Translations under genes and position numbers: made by a program | Notes under the pieces: generated by a model | The model's input: the letters and a program-made list of their open reading frames with translations, nothing else | What the model was told of the DNA's origin: nothing | Databases searched by the model: none | Shown here: in pieces, positions 8,093 through 15,329 of the stretch | Numbering within the stretch: the stretch's first letter is position 1 | Layout of the letters: the number at the start of each line of letters is the position of its first letter | Virus record (IMG/VR): IMGVR_UViG_3300045988_023555 | Location: 1 to 33,373 of that record | Direction: 5' to 3' (one strand) | DNA length: 33,373 nt | From: a virus

Positions 8093-8377
8093 TTAGCTTT
8101 TCCATGCACACCGGACACAAATCTTTGAATTCGCCTCGCTCCCGTCATATTCCGCTCTTTCTAACCACCAATCAGTTCCGATTACTGTTAAGCTCGAATC
8201 TACTTCCTGCAAACCATATCCACTGTCATAATATACTTTCTTCGCCGCATTCGCAAATTCTTCCCAAGTCATCCACGCCTCAGAAGTCAGCACATATTCA
8301 ACATCTTCAGGCTTTACTCCTCTGTCTTTTAAGACTCTAAGAGTTTCTTCTAACAAAGATTCACTATACATCCTCAT
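8093..8377 (-). CDS. Hypothetical protein; first gene after promoter P4
   Basis: 94-aa ORF with a strong AAAGGAGG RBS, directly downstream of a consensus promoter. Confidence 0.5.
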   Translation of the reverse strand: MRMYSESLLEETLRVLKDRGVKPEDVEYVLTSEAWMTWEEFANAAKKVYYDSGYGLQEVDSSLTVIGTDWWLERAEYDGSEANSKICVRCAWKS

Positions 8378-8391
8378 TTTGTTTACCTCCT

Positions 8392-8420
8392 TTTATTATA
8401 TTATATATCGTTGTGCCGCT
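8392..8420 (-). promoter_or_regulatory. Consensus sigma-A promoter P4, TTGACA-17-TATAAT
   Basis: On the minus strand TTGACA (8420-8415) is followed by a 17-nt spacer and TATAAT (8397-8392). It shares the ctaTTGACAa core with P1-P3. Confidence 0.6.
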
Positions 8421-8435
8421 TTTGTCAATAGCTTT

Positions 8436-9272
8436 TTACTCTATTCCTAAAATTTCACGCATTTCTTTTTGGCTCTTGCGCAAATCCTTTTGTCTGCGGT
8501 TTTCGTTCTTTACTTCTACCGCTGCACATTTTTCGAGGATGCGGTCATATATGCGCCGCTCTGTTATCGTTGTGGGGCGAAGCAGCTCATTTCTTGTGAG
8601 GTTAGTTGTTATAATCACCGGCAGTCCTGCGCGATATCTTGCGTCGATAACATTGTACACAACTTCCGCCATATACTCCGTTTTTCTTTCTGCTGCGAGG
8701 TCGTCCAGTACCAGTAAGCTATAACTGTTTAACTCGTCAAAAATATCCTGCTTGTCGAATGTCGCTCCGAGCTCGTTTGCTATTCGTGCAAAATTTGTAA
8801 ACCTGACTGAATAGCCCTTGTCGAGCAAGGCGTTCGCAATAGCCGCCGCATAATAAGTTTTCCCGCATCCGACTGTCCCGAACATCAAAAGCCCTTGCCC
8901 CCTGTCGCGCATTGCCGCGAAGTTTTCAACATACTTTTCAAACGCATTTGACAGCTCTGGATTTAATTTGTCGTCTTTTTCAAAAGTCATTTCGCGCATC
9001 GTCGAATCGTCGAACGCGATTTCTATCCTTTTGGCTATCCTTGCTTCTCTTTCGCGCTGTTTCTTTTCCTGTTCTTCCGCTTTCACACGCTCAGACTCAC
9101 ATTTACACAGGCAGTACGGACGGCGAAGCTTCCCGCAGATAATGACCTCGCACTGCTTCGGCGTGTGACATTTTCCGCAGTGTAACAGATTGTTTTCAAT
9201 GTAATCGCCCTCATTTGTTTTGATAGCTTCTTTTGATTTTTGCTCAAGTTCGTTGATAAGTTCGTCAAACAT
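8436..9272 (-). CDS. DnaC/IstB-like AAA+ helicase loader
   Basis: The ATG at 9272 follows GGAGGTGATAAAA. Walker A is GTVGCGKTY and Walker B is LLVLDDL. An N-terminal Cys cluster is present. Confidence 0.8.
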   Translation of the reverse strand: MFDELINELEQKSKEAIKTNEGDYIENNLLHCGKCHTPKQCEVIICGKLRRPYCLCKCESERVKAEEQEKKQREREARIAKRIEIAFDDSTMREMTFEKDDKLNPELSNAFEKYVENFAAMRDRGQGLLMFGTVGCGKTYYAAAIANALLDKGYSVRFTNFARIANELGATFDKQDIFDELNSYSLLVLDDLAAERKTEYMAEVVYNVIDARYRAGLPVIITTNLTRNELLRPTTITERRIYDRILEKCAAVEVKNENRRQKDLRKSQKEMREILGIE

Positions 9273-10080
9273 TTTTATCACCTCCGGACATCCAGTCGAA
9301 TGCAGCTTCCCAGCCGTTTGTTTCATCGCTCAAGATTCGCCCGTCGCCCCCTCTAAGCTTTGGCGCAGGCGCATTCAAATAGTCCTCAAATTTTGAGCCA
9401 AACAGCGTTCCTGGTCGCAGGTATTGCTCCATGTCTGTGCCAAGCCATGTAGCGCATCTATTGTCTATCACCTGTTTGAAATCTGATAAGGTGTAGCCCT
9501 CGTTCAGCCTTGCGTTAATATGTCTCTTTGTTGTTTTGCTGCTAGGCTTGTAATTCTTGTGTGCTTTTTCGTTCAGATAGTCAACTATTTCTGTTATGAC
9601 TTTCATGTCATGCTTTTCGGCGTTCTCGACAATATTATTATCTACTATATTATCAACTATATTATATATTATATTATTATGTAAAGTTTTTTTACTACCC
9701 CCGTTAAAATTTTTAACTACCCCCTGTAAAGTTTTTTTACTACCCCCGTTAAAATTTTTAACTACCCCCTGCGGAGTTTCTTTGCCGTCGGTTGAATTGT
9801 CTACCACATAGTAGCTGCAACGCTTAACGCCGTTTATTGTCTGCTCTTCTTTTTCTAACAGCCCTTTTTTTACTAAAGATTTGAGACACGCAACAACCGT
9901 GGGGCGTGTGCTGTTAGTCCAGCTTTCGAGGTATGTCAAACTGCCGTGAAATGCCTGCCCTGTGGTCTGTGAAAAGCCGAATATAATAGCATATATCAGC
10001 AGCTCGTTTCCTTTCAATCCTAAATCTGACACCATAAAAGATTGGATTACTATGTAGTTTTTGTCAGTGATTTTGCTCAT
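9265..10080 (-). CDS. Replication organizer (DnaD-like winged helix plus conserved phage C-terminus, Phg_2220_C-like)
   Basis: The ATG at 10080 follows GGGAGGCAACAAAG. The C-terminal block ITEIVDYLNEKAHKNYKPSSKTTKRHINARLNEGYTLSDFKQVIDNRCATWLGTDMEQYLRPGTLFGSKFEDYLN is typical of phage replication proteins. Confidence 0.8.
   Translation of the reverse strand: MSKITDKNYIVIQSFMVSDLGLKGNELLIYAIIFGFSQTTGQAFHGSLTYLESWTNSTRPTVVACLKSLVKKGLLEKEEQTINGVKRCSYYVVDNSTDGKETPQGVVKNFNGGSKKTLQGVVKNFNGGSKKTLHNNIIYNIVDNIVDNNIVENAEKHDMKVITEIVDYLNEKAHKNYKPSSKTTKRHINARLNEGYTLSDFKQVIDNRCATWLGTDMEQYLRPGTLFGSKFEDYLNAPAPKLRGGDGRILSDETNGWEAAFDWMSGGDKNV
9631..9775. other. Candidate origin of replication: AT-rich tract plus four iteron-like repeats inside the organizer gene
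   Basis: 9631-9679 is almost pure A/T, with actatattat repeats. 9680-9775 carries four copies of TTTTTA(A)CTACCCCC spaced about 22-23 bp apart. Confidence 0.45.
9680..9769. repeat. Perfect 45-bp tandem duplication (2 copies)
   Basis: tgtaaagtttttttactacccccgttaaaatttttaactaccccc occurs twice. It is in frame and encodes QGVVKNFNGGSKKTL twice. Confidence 0.95.
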
Positions 10081-10100
10081 CTTTGTTGCCTCCCATTTTT

Positions 10101-10151
10101 TAAAGTAAAAGCCCCCGCGTTGATAAGGTGTGAGCAAATCAACGCAAGGGG
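10101..10151 (-). promoter_or_regulatory. Leader hairpin plus U-rich tract; candidate attenuator upstream of the replication genes
   Basis: The minus-strand RNA reads CCCTTGCGTTGAT-(13-nt loop)-ATCAACGCGGGGG, then CUUUUACUUU. It lies between promoter P5 and the organizer RBS. Confidence 0.4.
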
Positions 10152-10245
10152 CGTGGGCTGTGATATTTTGTTGTTGCCGCGATACCGCCTCACACGCAAT
10201 ATCACAGTCCGATAAGCGGCTGTAACCTGACCTCTCATCATCTTT

Positions 10246-10274
10246 ATTATAACTGATTTTAGGACAAATGTCAA
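10246..10274 (-). promoter_or_regulatory. Consensus sigma-A promoter P5, TTGACA-17-TATAAT
   Basis: On the minus strand TTGACA (10274-10269) is followed by a 17-nt spacer and TATAAT (10251-10246), with an A/T-rich upstream tract. Confidence 0.6.
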
Positions 10275-10288
10275 GCGTTTTTTAAAAT

Positions 10289-10915
10289 TTAATCGCATTC
10301 GACAAACTTGCCGTTTTTAAGCGTGTACCAAGTATCAGCCTTGATTTTTTCTCCGTCCACTATTGCCGCTTTGATATTAATTAGTGGATATGTTTCGCCG
10401 TTCCAATTGCCGCGCTCTGCAACAACGATAGCAGAGCCGAGCCCTGCCTTTGCTTTGGAGTTACAGCCTGTTACTATCGCGACAGAACCGCCGCTTGAGA
10501 CTTCAGCTGCTGAATAGTTGCCCGAATTTACGGCTGCTGAATAGTCGCCCGAATTTACGGTTGCTGAATAGTAGCCCGTGTTAGTTGCCGCGCCGTCTTT
10601 CCAATTAACCTTATCGAGGACAAACGAAACACCAGCCTGTATAAGTCCCTCAAGTCCGAGCTCAACGCCAATTTTGATTTTAGTCGAGGCAACTTTGGAG
10701 TCATCATCATGTTTGGAAAGTTCACCGCTTTGCTCCACCTCACAATATCGGTTTCCGTTGCACGGGGGATAATAGCTAAATACTTCTAAAGGATTTTCAC
10801 AAGCGTGAAATCCTTTTTCACAAGCTTTTGCTTCTTTTTCTTCATACTCTTTTCCCACTTCGTACTGAAATCCACTGCACTTTAAATCCTTGTTAAAGCC
10901 TTTATACGTTTTCAT
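10289..10915 (-). CDS. Hypothetical protein with a Cys-rich N-domain and 9-aa repeats
   Basis: 208-aa ORF. It is the only gene between promoter P1 and promoter P5. N-terminus: KCSGFQYEVGKEYEEKEAKACEKGFHACENPLEVFSYY. Central repeats: YSATVNSGDYSAAVNSGNYSAA. Confidence 0.6.
   Translation of the reverse strand: MKTYKGFNKDLKCSGFQYEVGKEYEEKEAKACEKGFHACENPLEVFSYYPPCNGNRYCEVEQSGELSKHDDDSKVASTKIKIGVELGLEGLIQAGVSFVLDKVNWKDGAATNTGYYSATVNSGDYSAAVNSGNYSAAEVSSGGSVAIVTGCNSKAKAGLGSAIVVAERGNWNGETYPLINIKAAIVDGEKIKADTWYTLKNGKFVECD
10507..10587. repeat. 27-bp tandem repeat, about 3 copies, in frame
   Basis: gctgctgaatagttgcccgaatttacg is followed by gctgctgaatagtcgcccgaatttacg and then a degenerate third copy. 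Confidence 0.85.
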
Positions 10916-10976
10916 TGTTTTTACCTCTTTCTTTTTTCTTTATTTTTTGTAAGCCCTTGTCTCACTTTGTGACTAT

Positions 10977-11005
10977 ATTATATAACATATAGTCGCGTTC
11001 GTCAA
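10977..11005 (-). promoter_or_regulatory. Sigma-A promoter P1, TTGACG-17-TATAAT, with an A/T-rich UP-like element
   Basis: On the minus strand TTGACG (11005-11000) is followed by a 17-nt spacer and TATAAT (10982-10977). Upstream is aaaaaaattcaaaaaattttaaaaaacta. It belongs to the conserved block shared with P2 and P3. Confidence 0.6.
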
Positions 11006-11048
11006 TAGTTTTTTAAAATTTTTTGAATTTTTTTAAGTTTACCGCCAA

Positions 11049-11073
11049 ATAAAAAAGCCCGCGCGAGGCGGGC
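11049..11073 (-). terminator. Rho-independent terminator after ssb
   Basis: The minus-strand RNA reads GCCCGC-cucgc-GCGGGC followed by UUUUUUAUUU. Confidence 0.7.
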
Positions 11074-11078
11074 ATAAA

Positions 11079-11444
11079 TCAAAACGGCAAGTCACCGCCT
11101 ATTTTTATTTCTTCAAATACAGGCTCCGAGGATTTTTCTTTCTTACCGCAAAAGCTGACATCATCTGCCAGCACTTCAAACGCTGTGCGCTTGTTGCCGT
11201 CCTTGTCCTCATACTTGCGGGTCTGTATGCTTCCAGTTAAGGCGATTAAATCGCTTTTTGCAAAATACTTGCTGACAAATTCGGCGGTTTTATTCCAAGC
11301 CACTATGTTGATAAAATCCGATGTGGCGCGGTCAAATCGTCTTTCTACGGCGATACAAAATGATACCACCGTTTTGCCTGTGGTGGTCTGCCTGAGTTCA
11401 GGCGTTGCGGTCAGTCTGCCGATAAGTGTTACATTGTTAATCAT
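11079..11444 (-). CDS. ssb: Single-stranded DNA-binding protein
   Basis: The OB-fold N-terminus is MINNVTLIGRLTATPELRQTTTGKTVVSFCIAV. The acidic C-terminal tip ends in DLPF. An AGGAGG RBS precedes the start. Confidence 0.9.
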   Translation of the reverse strand: MINNVTLIGRLTATPELRQTTTGKTVVSFCIAVERRFDRATSDFINIVAWNKTAEFVSKYFAKSDLIALTGSIQTRKYEDKDGNKRTAFEVLADDVSFCGKKEKSSEPVFEEIKIGGDLPF

Positions 11445-11646
11445 TTTCGTTTGTCCTCCTGCTATCTAAAAATTCTTTTGATGACATTCCATATACGCGG
11501 CGAATCCTAAGCTCGCAATTTAGCTTTTCAATTTCGCCGTCGTTTGTGGTTTTGTAAAACTTGCATTTGTCGCATTCGCGTTTTATTAACGCCTTGCAAC
11601 CGTTTTCTGTTGCCGAGCCGTAAGCGAAGCAATTCTGTCTTACCAT
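11437..11646 (-). CDS. Hypothetical small Cys-containing protein
   Basis: 69-aa ORF with a GGGAGG RBS. It overlaps both neighbouring genes by a few nt, which suggests translational coupling. Confidence 0.45.
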   Translation of the reverse strand: MVRQNCFAYGSATENGCKALIKRECDKCKFYKTTNDGEIEKLNCELRIRRVYGMSSKEFLDSRRTNEND

Positions 11647-11918
11647 TTGTAATTCCTCCCGAAAATTTTTATAAAATCAAGGTTGGGATAGACTTCTTCA
11701 AACTTTTTCTGCGCCAGCTCTTGTAAGCGGTGACGGTTGTCCGCGTTGTGGTGCACACCGTTCGGCGGCTCGTTGTGGCACCAGTGGCACAGATACACGG
11801 TCAAGCCGTATTTTTCGCTGTTCTTTCTGTTGGACGCTCCGAATATGTGGTGCTTTTCCAGCCAATCAGCGCGCCCACACAAAAAGCAATTATGTTCCGC
11901 CTGTATAATGCTATTCAC
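11640..11918 (-). CDS. HNH-like Cys/His-rich protein in the recombination module
   Basis: CFLCG...HHIFG...LCHWCHNEPPNGVHH has the spacing of a zinc-finger/HNH nuclease. The start is GTG. I cannot assign an exact family. Confidence 0.45.
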   Translation of the reverse strand: MNSIIQAEHNCFLCGRADWLEKHHIFGASNRKNSEKYGLTVYLCHWCHNEPPNGVHHNADNRHRLQELAQKKFEEVYPNLDFIKIFGRNYKW

Positions 11919-12444
11919 CCGTCCACGCGCCTTTCAGCCTTGCCAATTCTTCGGGGGTCATCGTCTCAATGCCGTTCTCCTTGCAGTCAAAGACAACGAG
12001 GTCAATCAGGCGTGACATCTGCGCGGTATCGTAGGTAGACGAGCCATAGTACACATTGACATTTGTGCAGCCGGGTATTTGGCTTTCAAACGGCTCTGCA
12101 ATCCAGCCCAAGCCGTTTTTGCTCCAGCGTGTAATAAGTCGGAGTACCGCTTTATCCTGCATGCAAAACGTGTCATAATTGCCGCCGATATTTTTGACAT
12201 AGCTTCTGTATATGTCCGATTTCGGCACTCGCGTTTTTGCCGCAAGCTTGCCACATAAAGCCCAAAAATATCCGTTAGCGTCAAGACTCCTTTTAGTTTT
12301 AACGGGGCTTATGTCAATTTCATACGGTCTGTTATCAGACTTAAAAGCATCAACAAGCTCCTTCGCGTAATTCGGGCAGTCCACGGACACGCGCAAGCCG
12401 AAGCCCGCGCTGTCCTGGAACCAGTCAAGATTTTTTACTTCCAT
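11911..12444 (-). CDS. NinB/Orf-like recombination mediator (tentative)
   Basis: KRSLDANGYFWALCGKLA resembles the lambda NinB segment RSLDQNRKLWACLGDV, recalled from memory. The gene lies between the annealase and the HNH-like gene. Confidence 0.45.
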   Translation of the reverse strand: MEVKNLDWFQDSAGFGLRVSVDCPNYAKELVDAFKSDNRPYEIDISPVKTKRSLDANGYFWALCGKLAAKTRVPKSDIYRSYVKNIGGNYDTFCMQDKAVLRLITRWSKNGLGWIAEPFESQIPGCTNVNVYYGSSTYDTAQMSRLIDLVVFDCKENGIETMTPEELARLKGAWTGE

Positions 12445-13051
12445 CCACTTTTAGCCTCCAATCGTTCAAAATTTTTATCGCGTCCATAAGGTCATCATAT
12501 TCAAGGCTTTCTATCGTTGTGCCCTCAGGCTTTGATATTTGCCTCATAAGCGCGTTTAAAATTTCAGCATCACTTTTCCCGCGTGCCTTCGCAAGTCCGC
12601 TTATAATGTTGTTTGCGGCGGTATTTTTGGCATTCCTGCTTGCGTCCTGCTTTTCGGTGGCTTCTTCTTCGGGTAAATCTTCGCCCGCGTAAATATACAA
12701 GCCTAAGCCGTGGCGCGCACAAGCCTTCGTCAAGCTGCGTTGTATCGCCTTATTAACGTCAAAGCTTGTTACATTCTCGGTTGAGATTGACTTGTTCTTG
12801 TAGTCCATAACAGGCAGATATTCTATATGCTCGATTCCGTTGACGGTCACTCCTGTTTTGACCCAGCAGGTGCGTCCGTCGGTGTGGTAGTTCCAGCCGT
12901 CGGCATTTTCGTAGACGGTGTAAGTCGCGTCGGGGTGTCTTTTCTTTATCTCGCCCCACGCCCACGCCCACGAGAGATAGGTAAGGTTATTTTTCTTTTC
13001 TGTGTGTCCGTTGACGTTGACTCCGTAGAGTTCGGTGAAGTAGTTGTCCAT
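12425..13051 (-). CDS. Rad52/Sak-family single-strand annealing protein
   Basis: NLTYLSWAWAWGEIKKRHPDATY...LTKACARHGLGLYIYAGEDLP is characteristic of Sak-type annealases (DUF1071/Rad52-like). Confidence 0.75.
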   Translation of the reverse strand: MDNYFTELYGVNVNGHTEKKNNLTYLSWAWAWGEIKKRHPDATYTVYENADGWNYHTDGRTCWVKTGVTVNGIEHIEYLPVMDYKNKSISTENVTSFDVNKAIQRSLTKACARHGLGLYIYAGEDLPEEEATEKQDASRNAKNTAANNIISGLAKARGKSDAEILNALMRQISKPEGTTIESLEYDDLMDAIKILNDWRLKVDGSKKS

Positions 13052-13182
13052 TGTTCTTCAAGTCCTTTCTTGATTAAAATTTTTACCTGTGCCGCTTTGC
13101 TTATGCTGTTTTCTTTGGCAAGCTTGCAGATTGTTTCATACAGCTCGTGTGACATCGATACGCCTATTGTTTCACTTTTCAT
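12946..13182 (-). CDS. Ribbon-helix-helix (CopG/Arc-like) protein with a long overlapping tail
   Basis: An AAAGGAGG RBS precedes the start, which forms an ATGA overlap with the upstream stop. IGVSMSHELYETICKLAKENSISKAAQVKILIKKGL fits an RHH pattern. The last ~35 codons overlap the annealase gene. Confidence 0.5.
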   Translation of the reverse strand: MKSETIGVSMSHELYETICKLAKENSISKAAQVKILIKKGLEEQWTTTSPNSTESTSTDTQKRKITLPISRGRGRGAR

Positions 13183-13628
13183 TTTTTTGCCTCCTTTTCT
13201 ATCATCTTATCCGCGAACCATGTGCGGTCGGAATCGATGAATTCTGTGCAGTCCAGCGGTTGAATCGCGTTAGCCTGCTTCAATTCGCGGCGCAGTATCA
13301 TGTCAATCTGACGCGGTGTTAAAAGCGACGCATACAGCGCGTTAATCTGCACCGCTTCCGTTTCGTCTCCGCACAAGCTCTCGCAATAGTCAAAATCGTA
13401 CTTGTGTTCGTTCATGCAGTCATAGCAGACATCACAATCCATGTCGTCCTCCGATTTCCACTCTCCACAGATTTCGCACTTTCTCGCCTCTTCAAACTCG
13501 TCACAGTGGCAATATGGGCAAATGTCAACCGTTTGAAATGCGGGCTGACCCCAGCATTCGCCGACATTCTCTTCCGTGTAGTCAGGGCACTCAAAAACGC
13601 TTTCGCAATCTTTGCAAATAAACATCAT
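13179..13628 (-). CDS. Hypothetical multi-CxxC zinc-binding protein
   Basis: The ATG at 13628 follows AAAGGAGGAAAA, and the track start at 13682 has no RBS. CxxC-type pairs include CKDC, CPYC, CEIC and CDVC. Confidence 0.5.
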   Translation of the reverse strand: MMFICKDCESVFECPDYTEENVGECWGQPAFQTVDICPYCHCDEFEEARKCEICGEWKSEDDMDCDVCYDCMNEHKYDFDYCESLCGDETEAVQINALYASLLTPRQIDMILRRELKQANAIQPLDCTEFIDSDRTWFADKMIEKEAKK

Positions 13629-13701
13629 TTTTCCTCCTTTTATGTGCGACCGTCGGGATTGTGACCGTCCGTCTGTCCGCATTACCGCGCCTTTCGGCGC
13701 G

Positions 13702-13941
13702 TCACTCTGCGTATCTTTTAATCATTTCAACAAGCTCGTCCTCGGATATTTCTTCGTAGCCGTAAAAGTTTTCGACATAAAGCTTATCATTTGACGATTT
13801 TACATTAAGACCGTCATCGCCTTGTATAACATAGTTGCCTCTTCTTCCTGTTGCCCACTCTGCTGCCGCTTTCGCGTCGTCAAAAGTCGCGCTGTCAAAG
13901 ATGCAGTCCCGATTGCTCAAGCAGATTTCAAAGTTTTTCAT
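13702..13941 (-). CDS. Hypothetical acidic small protein; first gene after promoter P2
   Basis: 79 aa with 17 D/E against 9 K/R. The leader and RBS (AAAGAAAGAGGTAAAAA) are conserved with those of the gene at 10289-10915. Confidence 0.5.
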   Translation of the reverse strand: MKNFEICLSNRDCIFDSATFDDAKAAAEWATGRRGNYVIQGDDGLNVKSSNDKLYVENFYGYEEISEDELVEMIKRYAE

Positions 13942-13993
13942 AATTTTTTACCTCTTTCTTTATTTTGTTGGTCTCCCTTGACCTTGTGACTAT

Positions 13994-14022
13994 ATTATAT
14001 ATTATTCGATTGCGTTTGTCAA
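13994..14022 (-). promoter_or_regulatory. Consensus sigma-A promoter P2, TTGACA-17-TATAAT, with UP-like element
   Basis: On the minus strand TTGACA (14022-14017) is followed by a 17-nt spacer and TATAAT (13999-13994). The block 13939-14066 aligns with 10913-11042. Confidence 0.6.
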
Positions 14023-14136
14023 TAGTTTTTTTAAAAATCTTTTGAATTTTTTTAAAGTTTTTTGCGGGCTTTTTTCGTGTTTACTTCGTTCACTTTTTTC
14101 TCGTTATAAGTATAATAGAGATAAAGGAGGAATTAT

Positions 14137-14481
14137 ATGTTTAATCCATATTATCCGAATTATCCCTATCAAAATTACACGCAGAATTATCAAAACTGTA
14201 CGCAGAATTTAGAGCGCGGCATCGTCAGGGTCAACGGAATCCAAGGTGCGCAAGCCTATCAGATGGGCGCGAACAGTTCTGTTGCTTTATTCGACGCAAA
14301 TGAGGATTTTTTCTACATCAAGACCACGGACGGCGCGGGATTTGCGTCTATCCGCAAGTTTAAATTCGTTCCGTGCGACGATGCACAGCCCGAAGCAGTC
14401 GACTATGTGACGCGAAAAGAATTTGAAGAACTGAAAGGAATGGTAGAGAATGGCAAGCAGCATATTCGGGAGACAGAATAA
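14137..14481 (+). CDS. Island gene A: hypothetical protein with a Y/N/Q/P-rich N-terminus
   Basis: Strong RBS (AAAGGAGG) 7 nt before the ATG. The N-terminus MFNPYYPNYPYQNYTQNYQN is followed by a likely beta-rich domain (GIVRVNGIQGAQAYQMGANSSVALFDANEDFFYIKTTDG). Confidence 0.6.
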   Translation: MFNPYYPNYPYQNYTQNYQNCTQNLERGIVRVNGIQGAQAYQMGANSSVALFDANEDFFYIKTTDGAGFASIRKFKFVPCDDAQPEAVDYVTRKEFEELKGMVENGKQHIRETE

Positions 14482-14644
14482 TCCTTTTTCGATGATTTCG
14501 GAATTTAAGAAATTTGCCAGCGGGATGACACCTGAAAAAGCACAGCAGGAATTGCAGAGCCTTTTAAACACAGGCAAAATATCCGAGAGCCAGCTTAACC
14601 AGTATAAACAGCAGGCACAGGATTTGATGAAATTTTTGAAATAA
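14450..14644 (+). CDS. Island gene B: hypothetical small helical protein
   Basis: 64-aa ORF that overlaps the end of gene A by 32 nt in another frame. It is Q/K-rich and probably helical. Confidence 0.45.
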   Translation: MASSIFGRQNNPFSMISEFKKFASGMTPEKAQQELQSLLNTGKISESQLNQYKQQAQDLMKFLK

Positions 14645-14687
14645 ACTGCGCGGTTTATTATAAAATTTTTAGAAAGGAAGATTGCAA

Positions 14688-15257
14688 ATGAACGAATATT
14701 CACTTTCTGACCTTGCTGCCGCAACAAGAGACGGCGACGGCTTTGGCGGCGGCGCGTGGTGGATTGTTCTCCTTTTTGTCGTCCTTATGGGCGGCGGATT
14801 TTGGGGCAACCGTCAAGGCGAGTTCGGGCAGTACGCAACAGCGGCAAGCCAGCAGGAGATTCTTTTCGGTCAGCACTTCGGGCAGCTTAACGACCGCCTG
14901 ACTAACATCAGCAACGGAATTTGTGATAGCACCTATGCGCTTAACAATTCCATCAACGCTGAGGGCAGAGCGCTTCAGAGCCAGCTTGCCTCCTGTTGCT
15001 GCGATAACAGATTAGCTACTGCCAATCTCTCGGCGCAGGTTGACAGGCAGACCTGCGACATCGCTAACGCTATCCACGCGGAAGGCGAAGCAACACGCGC
15101 ACTGATTCAGACTAACGAGATTCAGGCTCTTCGCGACAAGGTTTCGAGTTTGGAGATGGATTCCCGCTTTTGCGGCGTAGTCCGTTATCCGATGTCCTAT
15201 TCCTACAGCGCAGGAAATTCGCCGTTCTGCGGCGGATGTTGCAGCAATAACATCTAA
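14688..15257 (+). CDS. Island gene C: single-pass membrane protein, Gly-rich around the TM segment, Cys-rich
   Basis: The ATG at 14688 follows AAAGGAAG. The TM segment is GGGAWWIVLLFVVLMGGGFWG. Cys clusters are SCCCDNR and a C-terminal FCGGCCSNNI. Confidence 0.6.
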   Translation: MNEYSLSDLAAATRDGDGFGGGAWWIVLLFVVLMGGGFWGNRQGEFGQYATAASQQEILFGQHFGQLNDRLTNISNGICDSTYALNNSINAEGRALQSQLASCCCDNRLATANLSAQVDRQTCDIANAIHAEGEATRALIQTNEIQALRDKVSSLEMDSRFCGVVRYPMSYSYSAGNSPFCGGCCSNNI

Positions 15258-15329
15258 CGCCCTAACGGCGAGGCACGGCGGGGCGGCGATAGTCGCTCCG
15301 TTTTCTTATTACAGAAAGGATTGATAAAA

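Noticed and set aside
9680-9769. Direct repeats that might be mistaken for a CRISPR array
   Set aside because: There are only two abutting 45-bp copies with no spacers, and they are in frame within a coding region. They are better explained as iterons or a tandem duplication.
10077-10298. 73-aa minus-strand ORF upstream of the organizer gene
   Set aside because: It has no RBS. It begins inside the preceding gene's end and the promoter, and runs through the structured leader. The real start of the organizer gene is the RBS-linked ATG at 10080.
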